Shown here: positions 17,936-31,575 of the stretch, piece by piece
Numbering within the stretch: position 1 is the stretch's first letter
Layout: each line of letters begins with the position of its first letter
Assembly (NCBI GenBank): GCA_964016885.1
Contig: OZ024741.1
Coordinates: forward strand, 235,662,001 to 235,726,000
Source: Eledone cirrhosa
Taxonomy: Eukaryota
Direction: 5' to 3'
DNA: 64,000 nt
Position numbers and translations under genes: made by a program
The notes under the pieces: generated by a model
What the model was told of the DNA's origin: nothing
What the model saw: only the letters and a program-made list of their open reading frames with translations
Databases searched by the model: none

Positions 17936-18069
17936 TTAAACTGTGAAAATGGACAATACTATATTTTTAAATAACAGATGTTTCATATTGTCTAACAATG
18001 TTTTACATTGATACATACATGACATATTGTATGATCTTATGTATACTGTCTAGCATATATATATATGTG

Positions 18070-18205
18070 TGTGTAGGTGTCATGACAAAAAGCACCCAGC
18101 ACTGTTAATGTGGTTGGCGTTAGGAAGGGCATCCAACCATAGAAACCAAGCCCAAATCAGTTCTGCATGAGCAAAACACGGTCCTGCTCGCATGGAAAAT
18201 GGACA
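18070..18205 (+). mobile_element. SINE/RTE 3' fragment with Meta-domain-like motif
   Basis: GGTTGGCGTTAGGAAGGGCATCCAACCATAGAAACC; similar fragments at ~16640, 17500-17735 and 19730. Confidence 0.65.
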
Positions 18206-20104
18206 ATAATATATATAATATATATATATATTTTTAATGAAAGATACTATCAATATGTTTAAACACTTTTTTTTAATAATCAAGAATTTCAAGGGGTTTA
18301 GTAATATAATTAACATTCTCATTAATAAGACAGTCTTTGGAACATAATTTAAATAAAGTTCTTGCATAAAACTATGATAGAGGGTTTTAGATAAATATAA
18401 ACACTTTAAAGAAGTCTTGTCATAGAACCAATGGTGGTTTCTGGAAGTTTGGTATCAAAAGTGTTGAACATTGTTTTATATATATATATATATGTATGTA
18501 TGTATGACAATATTTTAAATTGCTCAACATTTTCTTATATTGTTTAATATTGCGTTACACTATATTTATATAACAGCTGTTATTGTTATATATATACATA
18601 TATTGTCCCATATCCCATATTGTCCAATATTGTATCACTATATTTTTATAACAACCATTTGATATGGTTTAGCTTGTTATTGTTTTGTTTGCTATTACAT
18701 CCACTGTCCTTAGTTGTGTTATACAAATTTCCACTAACACTTGCTATCAAGGAAGAGACGTTAGATGTTTATAATGATGATGATTACTATATCTTAAAAA
18801 ACGACAGTTGTTATTGTTTTATGCTGTTTGATATAATATAATTGTTTCTACTTTAGGCACAAGGCCAGCAATTACCAGTGCATTACTGGTACTTTATTTT
18901 ATCAACCCCGATATAATATAATATTGCTTGATATTATTTCAAATGTTTGATAAATAAAATAAACTTTCATCAGCTTCAACAATAAGTATTCCAATAGATT
19001 AGTCATTGGAATGAAATTAAAGTGCAAGTGACTGAGCATTCCACAGATATCGTGACACAATGTGTAATAAGTCTGGTCTTTTGAATTACAAGTAGAGTCC
19101 ATTTGATGGGCTTCCAAATAGTTTCCGTCCACCAAATTTCACTCCGTTTGGATTAACTTGATACTATGCCCAAGATGCCACACAGTGGGATTGAACCTGG
19201 AACCTCATGATTGTGAAGTGAACTTCTACTTCATTAGTCAACAAGCGATCCCAGGAATAGCTGCCAAATTACCTCAAATCACACTCCTCCCAATGGGTCC
19301 TGTCAAAAGCAATTGTCTCCCCAAGTAAGACCAGCCGAGCTCACAAATGTTATCCAACCATCTTGCTCGGGTCGACCCCTGGGTCTCCTATTGGTTGGCT
19401 TTGCCTATAAAATCTGTCCAGCGATTATTTCCTTAGACAGTCAGACAACACATATCCATAGTATCGGAGCTGTGGTCTCTCAATTCGGAGAAGTAACAGC
19501 TCTACCTGGGGTGACTCCCTGATCTCCGAGCTTCACACTTATCAAGTAAGGTTACTTCAAAGACTCATCAGAGGAATCTAATTTCAGCCACTTGTATTCA
19601 CGATCGTACTCTTAAAGTTATTTTAGAATTTAAAGGCCGTTTGTCTGATTTTGACATTTACACACTTCATCATCACTTTTACAAATACAGGTGCATGAGT
19701 GAAGTGTTCAGTTTGGTATGATGATAAAATGCACTCAGTACGCAGTTAGAGTTAAGAAGGGCATCCAGCCATAGAAACCATGACAAAATAGAACGTATGA
19801 GAGCCTCACTTAGTCATTTCACCTGTCTAGCCTCAGAATGTGACAACACATCTCATTCATGTTAGCAACACATACACACACACATAGCTATCTATATATA
19901 AACATCACGTGTTTAGAAGACGACGGGTGGGCAAGTTGGTGTAATCGGCAAGTGCACTTATCACAAAAATAAGAAGCATGGGTTCGATTCCCAAGCATAC
20001 TGATACTTATTTTTTCCGTTCTGGGTGCTTACACCCTGTTATAAGACTATTTTCTGTAATCAAATATACAGTGAAATCTACTAATTCAATCCAACTTTTA
20101 CATA

Positions 20105-20255
20105 TAGGGCGATACGTTATGTCCTTGAGCAAGACACATTATTTCACGTTGCTCCTTCTACCTGGAGTTGCGACCGATAGATAGTATTAGCAACTGGAAA
20201 GACCAACGAAAACATTGTTTCCTCGGTCCGATGACGAAAGTCGATCGACCCTTTA
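20105..20255 (+). mobile_element. SINE 3' part (family of 30638-30858 and 40803-41022)
   Basis: GTCCTTGAGCAAGACAC...CCTTCTACCTGGAGTTGCGACCGATAGATAG...GACGAAAGTCGATCGACCCTT is shared with the two minus-strand copies. Confidence 0.75.
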
Positions 20256-21193
20256 ATGTGTCTAAATATATTTAGTTTTAACATGACAAGTCATGTTGGA
20301 AACACTGCCTTGATATAGACGTCTATACACACAAACACATACAGAATCATTCATTAAGAAAGGGGTGGATCTGAGAAAGAAACTAGTTACAAGTCTCAAT
20401 CACCGAGGGCTCCGTGGTGGTGGTCATCAGTAGATGAAATAGATTTGATAGAGGAGAAAGCAAATGGCATGCCAGAGAACCATAAAGTTAGTTAAACACC
20501 ATTTATGTGTCTTTTTCTATGTTAGTGTAGGAGGGTGGTCGTAGAAAATTGATGGCCAGTTTAGAGAAGGAGGGAGTCCAGTTGCAAAGATAATAAAAAG
20601 GGGAAGGGATGCACGGACTGAGAGGGATCTATAAAAGAATGAGAGTAAGTTTGAGCTACAAAGGGGCTTCTGTTATATGTATGTATGTTTGTATATGTTT
20701 CAGTGTCCACAGAACCAACTTCCCTCTTTCCCTATATATATATATATATATATAGAAAGAGAGAAAGGGCTGAGAGGTTTTTTTTAAGTGTTATGTAACC
20801 TGCCCGCCGTTATACTTAAGGGATCTCCTTCACTCATTATATTTACATATATTATATGTATACAATGGGATATGTATATATCTATAAACATTTCTAACTC
20901 CAAACACACATATGATCGCACCGGTACCAAACATACACACACAGACATATATATTCGTCCAACTGTGTTTACCTATCTGTCTATCCGTTGGATCGACAGA
21001 CATGTAGATCGAGAAACAGACGAAACGTACAGACATATGTATATTTACAATATATATATGTATATTTACAATATACATATGTATATTTACAATATATAAA
21101 TATGTGTGTGCGTGTGTATATATTATATATACGTGTGTGTATATATATGTGTATATATATATGTGTGTATATATATATATGTGATGTGTGTGT

Positions 21194-21241
<48 letters not shown>

Positions 21242-22099
21242 ATTTATATATATATATATATATATACACGAACACCACATGTGTGTGGGATAGAGAGATA
21301 GTTAAATAGATAAAATGAATGTGTGTAGGTGGCAGAAGATAAATAGATAAATACAGCGAGGGAAAGTAAGGGTAATAAGAGAAGCATTAAAGAGAGGAAC
21401 CAGTCGTGTCGGTCACCAATGATAGTGGTGGTGGTGGCGGCGGCGGCGGGCTAGTGTTGTCACCTGCCACACCTATGGTTTATGGAGGGAAGATGAGAAA
21501 CACACATATATATATATATACACATTATATATATATATATACACACATTATATATATATATACACACATTATATATATATATATATATATATAGAAAGAG
21601 AGAGAGAGAGATAATTGTACGGATTGAGAGAAGATATAGGAAGGAAAGAATGAACGATAGAAGAAAGCAGAGCATTGGGAGAATAAAAAGAAGCAAATGA
21701 AATATAGATGTAGACAAACAGGTAGACGAAACAGAGAAATAGATCGATAGAGAAATAGATTGATTAAGAGACAAATAGATAAGCAAATATATCGATAGAC
21801 AGATATACAGATAGATAGATATAAAAAGGAAAATATAAAATAATAAACGTGAATCAATAGGGTTGTGGGAATATGCAGAGGTGGGGAAGCAAAACAAGAA
21901 AAGAAAGCTAGGTCAGTGAAAGGAACTGGCAATGGCTAGTGGTGCGGGAAAAAATAAGTATTGAAGTCTTCTTACCTTAGTTAGCTACTGTTTTCATCGT
22001 TGACCAAGTGTCACGTTGGACTGGAAACGAGGACCGAGGCGGCATCTTGTTCAGAACCACCTACTGCGTGGATCAGACGGCTCTCTGGAGACGGACTGA

Positions 22100-23680
22100 A
22101 TATGGTGGTGAGAGTGTGGTGTGCATGTGAGGGTTGTTTGAAGGGGACTGGTATGTGTATGATGTGTGAGCGCTGTTTGGAAGGGTCTGGTATATGTGTG
22201 TGTATGGTAAGGTTGTATGGTGTATAAGCGTTGTTTGGAAGGGTCTGGTATGTGTGTGGTATGGTAAGGTTGTATGGTGTGGTGCTGTTGTGTGTATAGT
22301 GTGGTGGATGTCAGGGGAAGGGACTGGTATGTGTGTGGTGTATATGGTGAAGTGGTGTGTCAGTGTTGTTTGGAAGGGTGTGTGTGGTAAGATTGTGTAC
22401 TGGGTCTGGTGTGGTAGTGTGTGAGTGTTGTTTGGAAGGGAGTTGTATGTGTGTGGTATGGTAAGGTGGGGTGCTGTGTATGGTGAGGTTGTGTTGTTTG
22501 AAGGGGTTTGGTATGATGGTGTGGTTGTGGTGTTGTTTGTATGGAGGGGACTGACATGTGTAGCGAGGTGATGAGAGTGTAATGTGTATGTATGTATATA
22601 TGTGTGCGTATATGTGAACTTGCAGGGGACTAACTATATGTATGTGTATGGTGTGGTGTTGTGGTAAAGCTGTGATGTGTATATGGAAGGGGGTTGGTTG
22701 GTATGTTTAGAGCGGTGGTGGGTTTGTGTTAATAGAGGGGAGGTTCGGTATATTTAGTGTGGTGGTGCGGTTGTGGTGTGTATAGAGAAGGGACAGGGAT
22801 ATTTACTGTGGTGGTGAGGTAGTGGTATGTGTATAGAAGGGGAATTGGTATATTTAGTGTGGTGGTGAGGGTGTGTGGGCGGAGGGGAACGAGTGTGGTG
22901 GTGAGACTGCAGTGTAAGAGAAGTGGTATGGATGTGTTGGGGAGTTAGTATGTGAGTGAGGTGGTGTATGTTAGGTGGCGAGGCTGGTATGTGTAGTAAG
23001 GTTGTGTGTATGTGGAGGGTGAGGGAGGAGTAGAGTGGTTGGCTGACAGGGAGGGAAGTGATGTGGTGGGGGTAGATGTGGTGTGAATAGAGATAGAGCG
23101 AAGAGACTAGTATGATGGGGTGGTGAGGTGTGTTAGTGGGAGGAAGAGTGATGGGGTGGTGGTGAGGTGAAAACCTGGTGTTTGTGTGTCGGCAGAGTAG
23201 GAGGAGGTAATGGTTAAAGTGTGGTAGGGTGTGGTGTACAGTGGTGGTTGAAAAGCGGAGTAGTGTGTGTTTGTAGGATGTGAGCAGAGTGTGTGTGTCT
23301 CTGGGTAGAGAGGTAATGGTGTGGTGGTTGATGTATGTGTAATGTGTGTTGTGAGAGGCTGTGATGATGGGTGGTTTATGTAGGGAAGTGAGAGGAGAAG
23401 TAGTGTACTGTGGTGGTGGTTGTGTGTGTAGGATTTGTGAATAGTGAGGTTAGGGTGTGTAGCTTGTTAAGTGCTGTGAGATGAGTGTGTGTGTGTATAG
23501 ATGTATGGGTATGGCTGGTGAGAGTGTCTGGTGTAGTATGGCTGAATGTGTTGGTGTGGTCTAAGTCTGGTCTGGTGCTGTATGAAGTGGTCTGTTCTGG
23601 AGGGTGTGGAGTGAATACGGTATTGTATAGTGTGGTCATATATGTATGTGTGTGTATATATATATGAGGTGTGGGGGTTT
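22100..23680. repeat. Degenerate GT-rich low-complexity tract
   Basis: Plus strand dominated by G and T; decayed units such as TGTTTGGAAGGG(G/T)CTGGTATGTG. Confidence 0.8.
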
Positions 23681-24737
23681 ACATTAGTTAGTAGAAAGAG
23701 AAAAAATGAAAGTATGTTGTGGTTTAATAGTTTTTGTCTGCCTGTTATTGTTTAGCTTTTAGTCAGCCGTGACTGAGCAGACCTATTACCAAAGACGTTC
23801 CAGCCGTGACAATCCGTTTTTTATAAATACATTTAGGTGTGATGGAGGGAAATTTGGCTGCTATCTCTAGCAAGTCGAGCAACCATGTAATGCCTTTCTC
23901 TCTCTTTCTCTCTCTCGCTTTCGCTGTCTTGTGTGGTATGCAGAGTAAATCTTTGATGAAAGTGTGTGTTGGTTTCTGTGTATGTGTGAAGAGAAGAGAG
24001 ACCGGAGTGACGAAAATGTGTATGCGTATGTCTGTACAATACATGTGTAGGTTTATGGAGTTTTTTTTTACTTTAGAGTGTGTAGGGTAGTAGGGTGTGT
24101 ATATATCTGTGGAGGGGGAATGATAACACTAGTGGTGTGTAGGTGGGGATATGTGTTTGTATATGTAAGAGATATAGTGGCTAGGGTATATTTTTTTGGT
24201 GTGTAGTATGAGTGAGAGATAGAAAGAGACAAGGTGAGGAAGAAAGAGGGTGTTTCTATCATGGTGTTAATGTGTGTGGTATGTGTATGTAAGACGGCGT
24301 GGGGAATGGTGGGGGCGGTCTACAGTGAGACACTATAGGAGTCTATATGTGTGTGTGTGTGTACGCACCATACGACAGTTCTGTAAATGCATGTATGTGA
24401 CTGATGCCTGTACATGTGTGTGTTTGTGTATAGTGTACTTATGTAAGCATTAGTGTACGTACGAATATATATATGTATGGTAATGACAGTGTCAGTATGT
24501 GTGTCTTATAGTATACTAGTTCGTCTGCGGTATTGTAGTGTGTGTGTACTTGAGTGTCAGTCTTTTTAGTATATACTACAGGCTGGAAGTGAAGGAGGGC
24601 AGGCAGGTGAATGTGTATGAGTCTGGTGTGAAGTATGTGTTTATGTGAAAGAGAGAGGGAAAGACAAAACACGTATATTTAACACTTTGTGTCAAGTATA
24701 AAATGCATGCGAGTGTGTTAGCCTTGTGTTGTGTATG

Positions 24738-24833
<96 letters not shown>

Positions 24834-25445
24834 CATACACAACACAAGGCTAACACACTCGCATGCATTTTATACATATATATATGTGTGTGTATATATG
24901 TGAACACACACATAAATATGGGTATGCATGTGTGTGGATGTATATATATATTTGTATATATGTATACACACACATACATATATGTGTGTGTGTGTGTGTG
25001 TATGTGTGTACATATATATAAATATATATACACATACAATTTTCAAAGGGGAAGTAGAGGGAGGGTAGGCAGATTTCCAAGTATAGGCAAGAATATTGTG
25101 GATACCCTGATAAACATATATATGTGTGTGTTGATATTAGTATGAGTATGTGTATGTATATATCCTGATATATATGTATGAGTGTATGTACATATCATTT
25201 CATACATATATATATGTTGATATAAATATGAGTATATGTATGTAGATAGTGTATGTATATATCATTTTGGATGTGTGTGTATGAGAGTGAGACAGAGAGG
25301 TAGGGGAGAGGACGTAAACAGACGGACGGACGGACACAGAGTAGGAGAGAGGTGTTAGGGACAAACAGACATACGATGGAGAGAGAGGAAAAAAGAGAAG
25401 GAGAGCGAGAGAGATAAAAGAACTTTTTCAGACAGATAGCCACAA

Positions 25446-25479
<34 letters not shown>

Positions 25480-25494
25480 GAAAAATATATATAT

Positions 25495-25935
25495 ATATAT
25501 AAACGGGAAAAAATGAAACGAAATTTCATTTCCCACTCTTAGTACGGCTGTTACTTAAATATAAGTATGTATACGTACATATATGTATACAGACATACAG
25601 TAGTATGTATATATATATACATACATGCACACATATATATATGTACGTATGGATTCACCGAACATTTATTATAATACTCGGTGTGTTTGTAAACAAACAT
25701 CCCGTATTAAGCCGCACAGTGTTTAGCAACCATCGTTGCTCGTTTGTCCAACACTGACAAAGGAACGCTGTACTAGTTTCAAGCTTATTAGCTATCGTCA
25801 GCAACGTATACCGTCCTGCCAGATTGTTGAACGTATATACTTACCTTATGCATATTAACGGCTGAGTAGCCCAATTTGCATATCGAGTGGGTTAATCCTC
25901 TCCCTCCCTCTACTTCCCCTTTGAAAATTGTATAT
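25495..25935 (-). mobile_element. Non-coding hammerhead-bearing element (family D)
   Basis: Reverse complement of the 30962-31575 and 36491-37146 unit; hammerhead at ~25765-25807 (-). Confidence 0.8.
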
Positions 25936-26097
25936 ATATATATATTTACATACATTTTGTCTATATATTTTTAGAAAGAGAGAGCTAGATGTATATACAT
26001 ATATATAGATGTATACAAAGACATACACATGTGGGTGTGCGTGTGTGAGTATGTGTGTGAGTATGTGTGTATATATATGTATGTGTATGTATATGTT

Positions 26098-26129
<32 letters not shown>

Positions 26130-26400
26130 AAGAGAGCTACATAATTCTCTCAATATATTTATATATATATATATATATGAAATATTCTGGACCCCGACGG
26201 CTGAGCTCCGGCCGTTTCAACAACTAGATCCGAACAGTTGAAACGGCCGGAGTTCAGCCATCGGGCTCCGGAATCTTTAATATTACCCACTCTATTGTAT
26301 ATATATAGAAAGAGAGAACGAAAAGCTTCTGTGGTTACCCTCGATTGAACCCGGAATAACTTATATATATATATATATTTATAAAACAGTTTATATATTG

Positions 26401-26466
26401 TATTTTATCTGACGAAGGCATGCCATATTTTTAATATGGTATCCCTGAAATATGTATAATGAAATA
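26401..26466 (+). ncRNA. Minimal type I hammerhead ribozyme (family B)
   Basis: TATTTTAT-CTGACGA-[AGG..CCATATT TTT AATATGG..CCT]-GAAA-TATGTA-TA-ATGAAATA; 8-bp stem I. Related copies at ~28464, ~28783, 44282(-) and 44475(+). Confidence 0.8.
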
Positions 26467-27346
26467 AATATGGTTTTATAAATATAGTTTCCATTTGTTT
26501 ACTATCGTACATATATATATATATATAAATGACAGGTATAGAAATTGTTTTAGCGAGAAGCTAATAGTATTCTATAACATATATGTGACTATGTAGTCAA
26601 GATGGGAAAAGTAGTTAACGTAAGATTTAGGAAAAATAATTCAAACTCATCTCAAAAGAGAATCAGGATACAAATTCATCCACATAATTTAGTGAAATCC
26701 AGGGAAAAATCAGTAGACCTTTAACTCATGATAAAATAAAGTTTAAAACACTTATCCTTCAATTTGGATTAACATCAAATGCTCTGTATAGTCTTAAAAG
26801 ACTATTTCATGAAAACTTTCAGTGGAGATGGTCACGGTTGGATTCCAATCGTCAGCAGAGCTCAACAGATAACCAGGGCTACCACAGTATTATAAGCCGA
26901 AAAGGGAATTCTAAAACTGGCTAGTTCGCCATCATGCGTGATTATGAAAACGCACATGAGATATATATATATATATATATATATATTTCGTTTCTGAATT
27001 TGTTTAGCAAGATTCTTTATCTGAAATCGTGTGTTATTGGCAACATGACCCTCCCAAAGTATAACTATATATATATATATATATATATATAAAGAATGAA
27101 TAATAACAGGTAGACATCATAAAAAGGTAATTTATTCCGTGTGCTTACAAATGTTTCCACGGTGGTACCACGGCCTAGTTATGCTATGTGCAAATTTACA
27201 AGTATTTGCAGAACTCAAATATCCAATGCTGTGACCACTGTATCCTCAGAGCAATTCTTCCATAACTCGTAGAGTAACCTCTCACCGTACGTCAACCATA
27301 TCCAGTGTAGTAATTAACCATCACTACATCTTGGGTAATCCTATAC

Positions 27347-27384
<38 letters not shown>

Positions 27385-27430
27385 GGTGTGTGTGTATATA
27401 TATGTATGTGTATGTATATATATATGTATA

Positions 27431-27463
<33 letters not shown>

Positions 27464-27628
27464 GTATATGGACGAGTAGGACCCCGACGGCTGAGCTCAA
27501 GCCGTTTCGACGGCTAATTCTGGACTCGGGGTCCTACTCGTTCCTATTACCCACTCTACTACCCTAAGTATTGAGTACTTTGGTGCGTTATGGTCCACCT
27601 GGTTCCTTACCACATTTCCTTCGTTATA

Positions 27629-27712
<84 letters not shown>

Positions 27713-27778
27713 TCTTTTATTCCTAATTAAACCATTTTTCAACTGTGAACAATTTGTCAGCATTTTCTATTCCGTTTA

Positions 27779-27903
<125 letters not shown>

Positions 27904-27934
27904 ACACGGGTGTGTATGATTGTGTATAGAAGAT

Positions 27935-28332
27935 TATATTAATTAGAGGAATTCCAACTTTGTCTGATTTACTCCTTTTATTTACAATCCTTTAAAATTT
28001 ATAATGGTATTATAATGAAATAGTATGATAAAATATTAAATGTTAAGTCTTAATTGAACAAGTACTTTCATGCTTCTTTCGCAATCTTCAGGTTCATAAT
28101 GTGTGGTGACAGTCAAGTTTGCAATTTTCAACTGACAGTTGAAAATTGCAAACTTGACTGTCACCACAGAATATGAACCTGAAGATTGCGAAAGCATGAA
28201 AGTACTTGTTCAATTAAGACTTAACATTTAATATTTTATCATACTATTTCATTATAATACCATTATAAATTTTAAAGGATTGTAAATAAAACGAGTAAAT
28301 CAGACAAAGTTGGAATTCCTCTTATTAATATA
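27935..28332. mobile_element. Fold-back PLE-derived insertion (~195-bp arms, 1-nt loop at 28135)
   Basis: Near-perfect palindrome centred on CAACTG-A-CAGTTG; a hammerhead in each arm. Confidence 0.9.
28174..28212 (+). ncRNA. Minimal type I hammerhead ribozyme
   Basis: TGAAC-CTGAAGA-TTGC GAAA GCAT-GAAA-GTAC-TT-GTTCA; stem I TGAAC/GTTCA, palindromic stem III; mirror copy ~28056-28096 (-). Confidence 0.85.
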
Positions 28333-28357
28333 TATATATATGTATGTGTGTGCATGT

Positions 28358-28396
<39 letters not shown>

Positions 28397-28660
28397 AATT
28401 TGACATAGCCAATGAACAAAGGTATGTTCCTTGGCTATGTCAAAATTTATAAAACACACTTTGTATTTTATCTGATGAAAGCGTACCAAAGTTTTTGGAA
28501 CCTTTGAAATATATATAATAGAATAAATATGGTTTTATAAATATAGTTTCCATTTATTTAATATCATTGAATATTTACTCCAGAAAACTTGCCGAGTGCT
28601 CTGAATCAGTTATAAACATTTATATTTGTTGAATTACCAACAAATTAAACATCCCTTCTG

Positions 28661-28731
<71 letters not shown>

Positions 28732-28885
28732 TCGCATTCTTTAAGGGTATGTCAATATTTGTTTATAAAACTGATCTATATTATATTTTATCTGATGAAA
28801 GCACACCATAATTTGCTTTGGTGTCCTTGAAATATGTATAATGAAATAAATATGTTTTTTATAAATATAGTTTCCATTTGTTAAT

Positions 28886-29042
<157 letters not shown>

Positions 29043-29104
29043 GGTAATTCCGAGGGGAAAGCAAAGGAAAAAAGAGTGCTCTATGTATAGAACAGAGGTA
29101 TTTA

Positions 29105-29270
29105 ACTAGAAAGTGAACAACACAAAATATAACTACTCCATTACCAAAGGTTTCAGGATCCCAGACAATATTAATATACGTCTGATGGCCGATCCAGGCT
29201 TATATTAATATTGTCTAAGATCCAGAAACCTTTGGTAATGGAGTAGTTATATTTTGTGTTCACTTTCTAA
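29105..29270. repeat. Fold-back inverted repeat in (TA)n
   Basis: ACAAAATATAACTACTCCATTACCAAAGGTTTC...AGACAATATTAATATA mirrored by TATATTAATATTGTCT...GAAACCTTTGGTAATGGAGTAGTTATATTTTGT. Confidence 0.8.
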
Positions 29271-29360
29271 TATATATATATAACGCGAAGAAATACCTAT
29301 GATTCCTAGCAGACAACTGACGATGGATATTACCCTCTTTCGCCCGTAACTTTCATTTTG

Positions 29361-29400
<40 letters not shown>

Positions 29401-29691
29401 GGTCTAACTGGTTTTTATCGCCTCCATTCTGATATATATATATATATATGTAGATAAATCTACCAAAAGTTTACGGTAGTGTCCAATCCGTATGAAGAAC
29501 TCAATGTAATCCGGATATCATGAAAAGAGAAGATGCATTCAAAAACTACTTTCGGTGAAAAATAAACGGAAAACAGAGTCAAGATAAATTAATAAAATAA
29601 TGAATAAACAAAGAAACAGTTCCTTATATTATTTTTAAAAAATTTTTTTTAATATAAGGAACTGTTTCTTTGTTTATTCATTATTTTATTA

Positions 29692-29755
<64 letters not shown>

Positions 29756-29764
29756 CGTTTACCA

Positions 29765-29804
<40 letters not shown>

Positions 29805-29811
<7 letters not shown>

Positions 29812-30060
29812 TAAACGGAATCGAAAATGCTGACAAATTGTTCACAGTGAAAAATAGTTTAATTAGGAATAAATGAGAATTAGTAATTGTATTGGTTAGT
29901 ATTCAGTTTTGGTTTTAAGTTTTACCGGTTGCGCATTTCTTAAACTTAAAACCAAAACTGAATACTAACCAATACAATTACTAATTCTCATTTATTCCTA
30001 ATTAAACTATTTTTCACTGTGAACAATTTGTCAGCATTTTCTATTCCGTTTACCAATATA
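29805..30060. repeat. Fold-back inverted repeat (family also at 27715-27785 and 56050-56240)
   Basis: TATTGGTAAACGGAAT...GGTTTTAAGTTT mirrored by AAACTTAAAACC...ATTCCGTTTACCAATA. Confidence 0.85.
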
Positions 30061-30091
30061 TAATAACTTGTGTGTTACACCTCTATTCTTT

Positions 30092-30178
<87 letters not shown>

Positions 30179-30637
30179 TTATATAAATCAGAATGGAGGC
30201 GGTAAAAACCAGTTAGACCATTACTCACCAGAGTACTCAATACTTGGGGTAGTAGAGTGGGTAATATTAAAGATTACGGAGCCCGACGGCTGAGTTCCGG
30301 CCGTTTCAACAGCTAGATCCGAACAGTTCGGGTCTAGCTGTAACAGATCCTCAACAAGCAATGTCTGTGCCTTGAAGAATGTTTAAATTGGAAAAGACCT
30401 TGCACTCAACCAGTCCCACTCTCTGAGCATCGAAAACACTACCCTAAAAGGAGAACTGGTCAACATCATCGGATGATGTATTTTGAAAATTCGGATGCCA
30501 CAGTATCTTTCTTGATTGCCTATTATTACATAGTGTAGCAATAATGGACTGAAATTCTGATGAAACAATTGTTAATGCGTGGATTAAATCCTCTTGTAAC
30601 TGTTTACCTTCGTCCTATTTCTCTTTTTTGGTATATA

Positions 30638-30857
30638 TAAAGGATCGATCGACTTTCGTCAAATCGGACCGAGGAAACAATGTTTTCGTCGGTCTTTCCA
30701 GTTGCTAATACTATCTATCGGTCGCAACTCCAGGTAGAAGGAGCAACGTGAAATAAAGTGTCTTGCTCAAGGATATAACGCATCGCCCGGTCCAGGAATC
30801 GAACTCACAATCTCAAGAGTGTGAGTTCGATTCTCTAACCACTCAGCCACACGCCTT

Positions 30858-30858
<1 letters not shown>
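30638..30858 (-). mobile_element. tRNA-derived SINE
   Basis: Minus strand GGCGTGTGGCTGAGTGGTTAGAG (A box), GAGTTCGATTCC (B box), CCTTGAGCAAGACACTTTATTTCAC. Confidence 0.85.
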
Positions 30859-30956
<98 letters not shown>

Positions 30957-30961
30957 ATGTA

Positions 30962-31575
30962 TACGTACATACATATATGTATACAGACGTACAGTAGTAT
31001 GTATATATAAACATACTACTGTACGTCTGTATACATATATGTATGTACGTATATATACATACATACTTACATTTAAGTAAGTGCCGTACTAGGAGTGAGA
31101 AATGAAATTTCGTTTCATTCTATTCCATTTATCGTTTTCGGTGTGCCCCGGCCGACTGAACTCACTCGATATGCAAATTAGGCTTTCTCAGCCGTTAATA
31201 TGCATAAGGAAAGTATATACTTTCAGACGTTCAACCATCTGGCAGGAAGGTATACGATGCTGACGATAGCTAATAAGCTTGAAACTAGTACATCGTTTCT
31301 GTGTCAGTGTTGAACAAAGGGGTGACGTGGTTGCCTAAACACTGTACGGCGTAATTCGGGCTGTTTGTTTGTTTACAAACAAACAAACCGAGCATTATAA
31401 TAAATGTTTGGTAAACCGATACTTGCATATATATATGTCTGCATGTATGTATATATATACATACTACTGTACGTCTGTATACATATATGTTTGTACGTAT
31501 ACATACATACTTACATTTAAGTAAGTGCCGTACTAAGAGTGAGAAATGAAATTTCGTTTCATTCTATTCCATTTA
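30962..31575 (+). mobile_element. Family D element: 5' fold-back plus >1 tandem unit (period 448 bp)
   Basis: GTACGTCTGT at 31021 and 31469; hairpin at 30962-31050. Confidence 0.8.
31254..31296 (+). ncRNA. Minimal type I hammerhead ribozyme (family D)
   Basis: ACGATG-CTGACGA-TAGCT AATA AGCTT-GAAA-CTAG-TA-CATCGT; perfect 6-bp stem I, GUA cleavage triplet. Confidence 0.9.

Noticed and set aside
13219-19690. Scattered AG/GT-bounded micro-exon candidates (~13266, 15612-15635, 19627-19690)
   Set aside because: Splice-like dinucleotides occur by chance in AT-rich DNA, and no coherent protein emerges.
20222-20255. Hammerhead-like CCGATGACGAAAGTC
   Set aside because: There is no stem II; other copies read CCGATTTGACGAAAGTC, so this is a SINE 3' hairpin.
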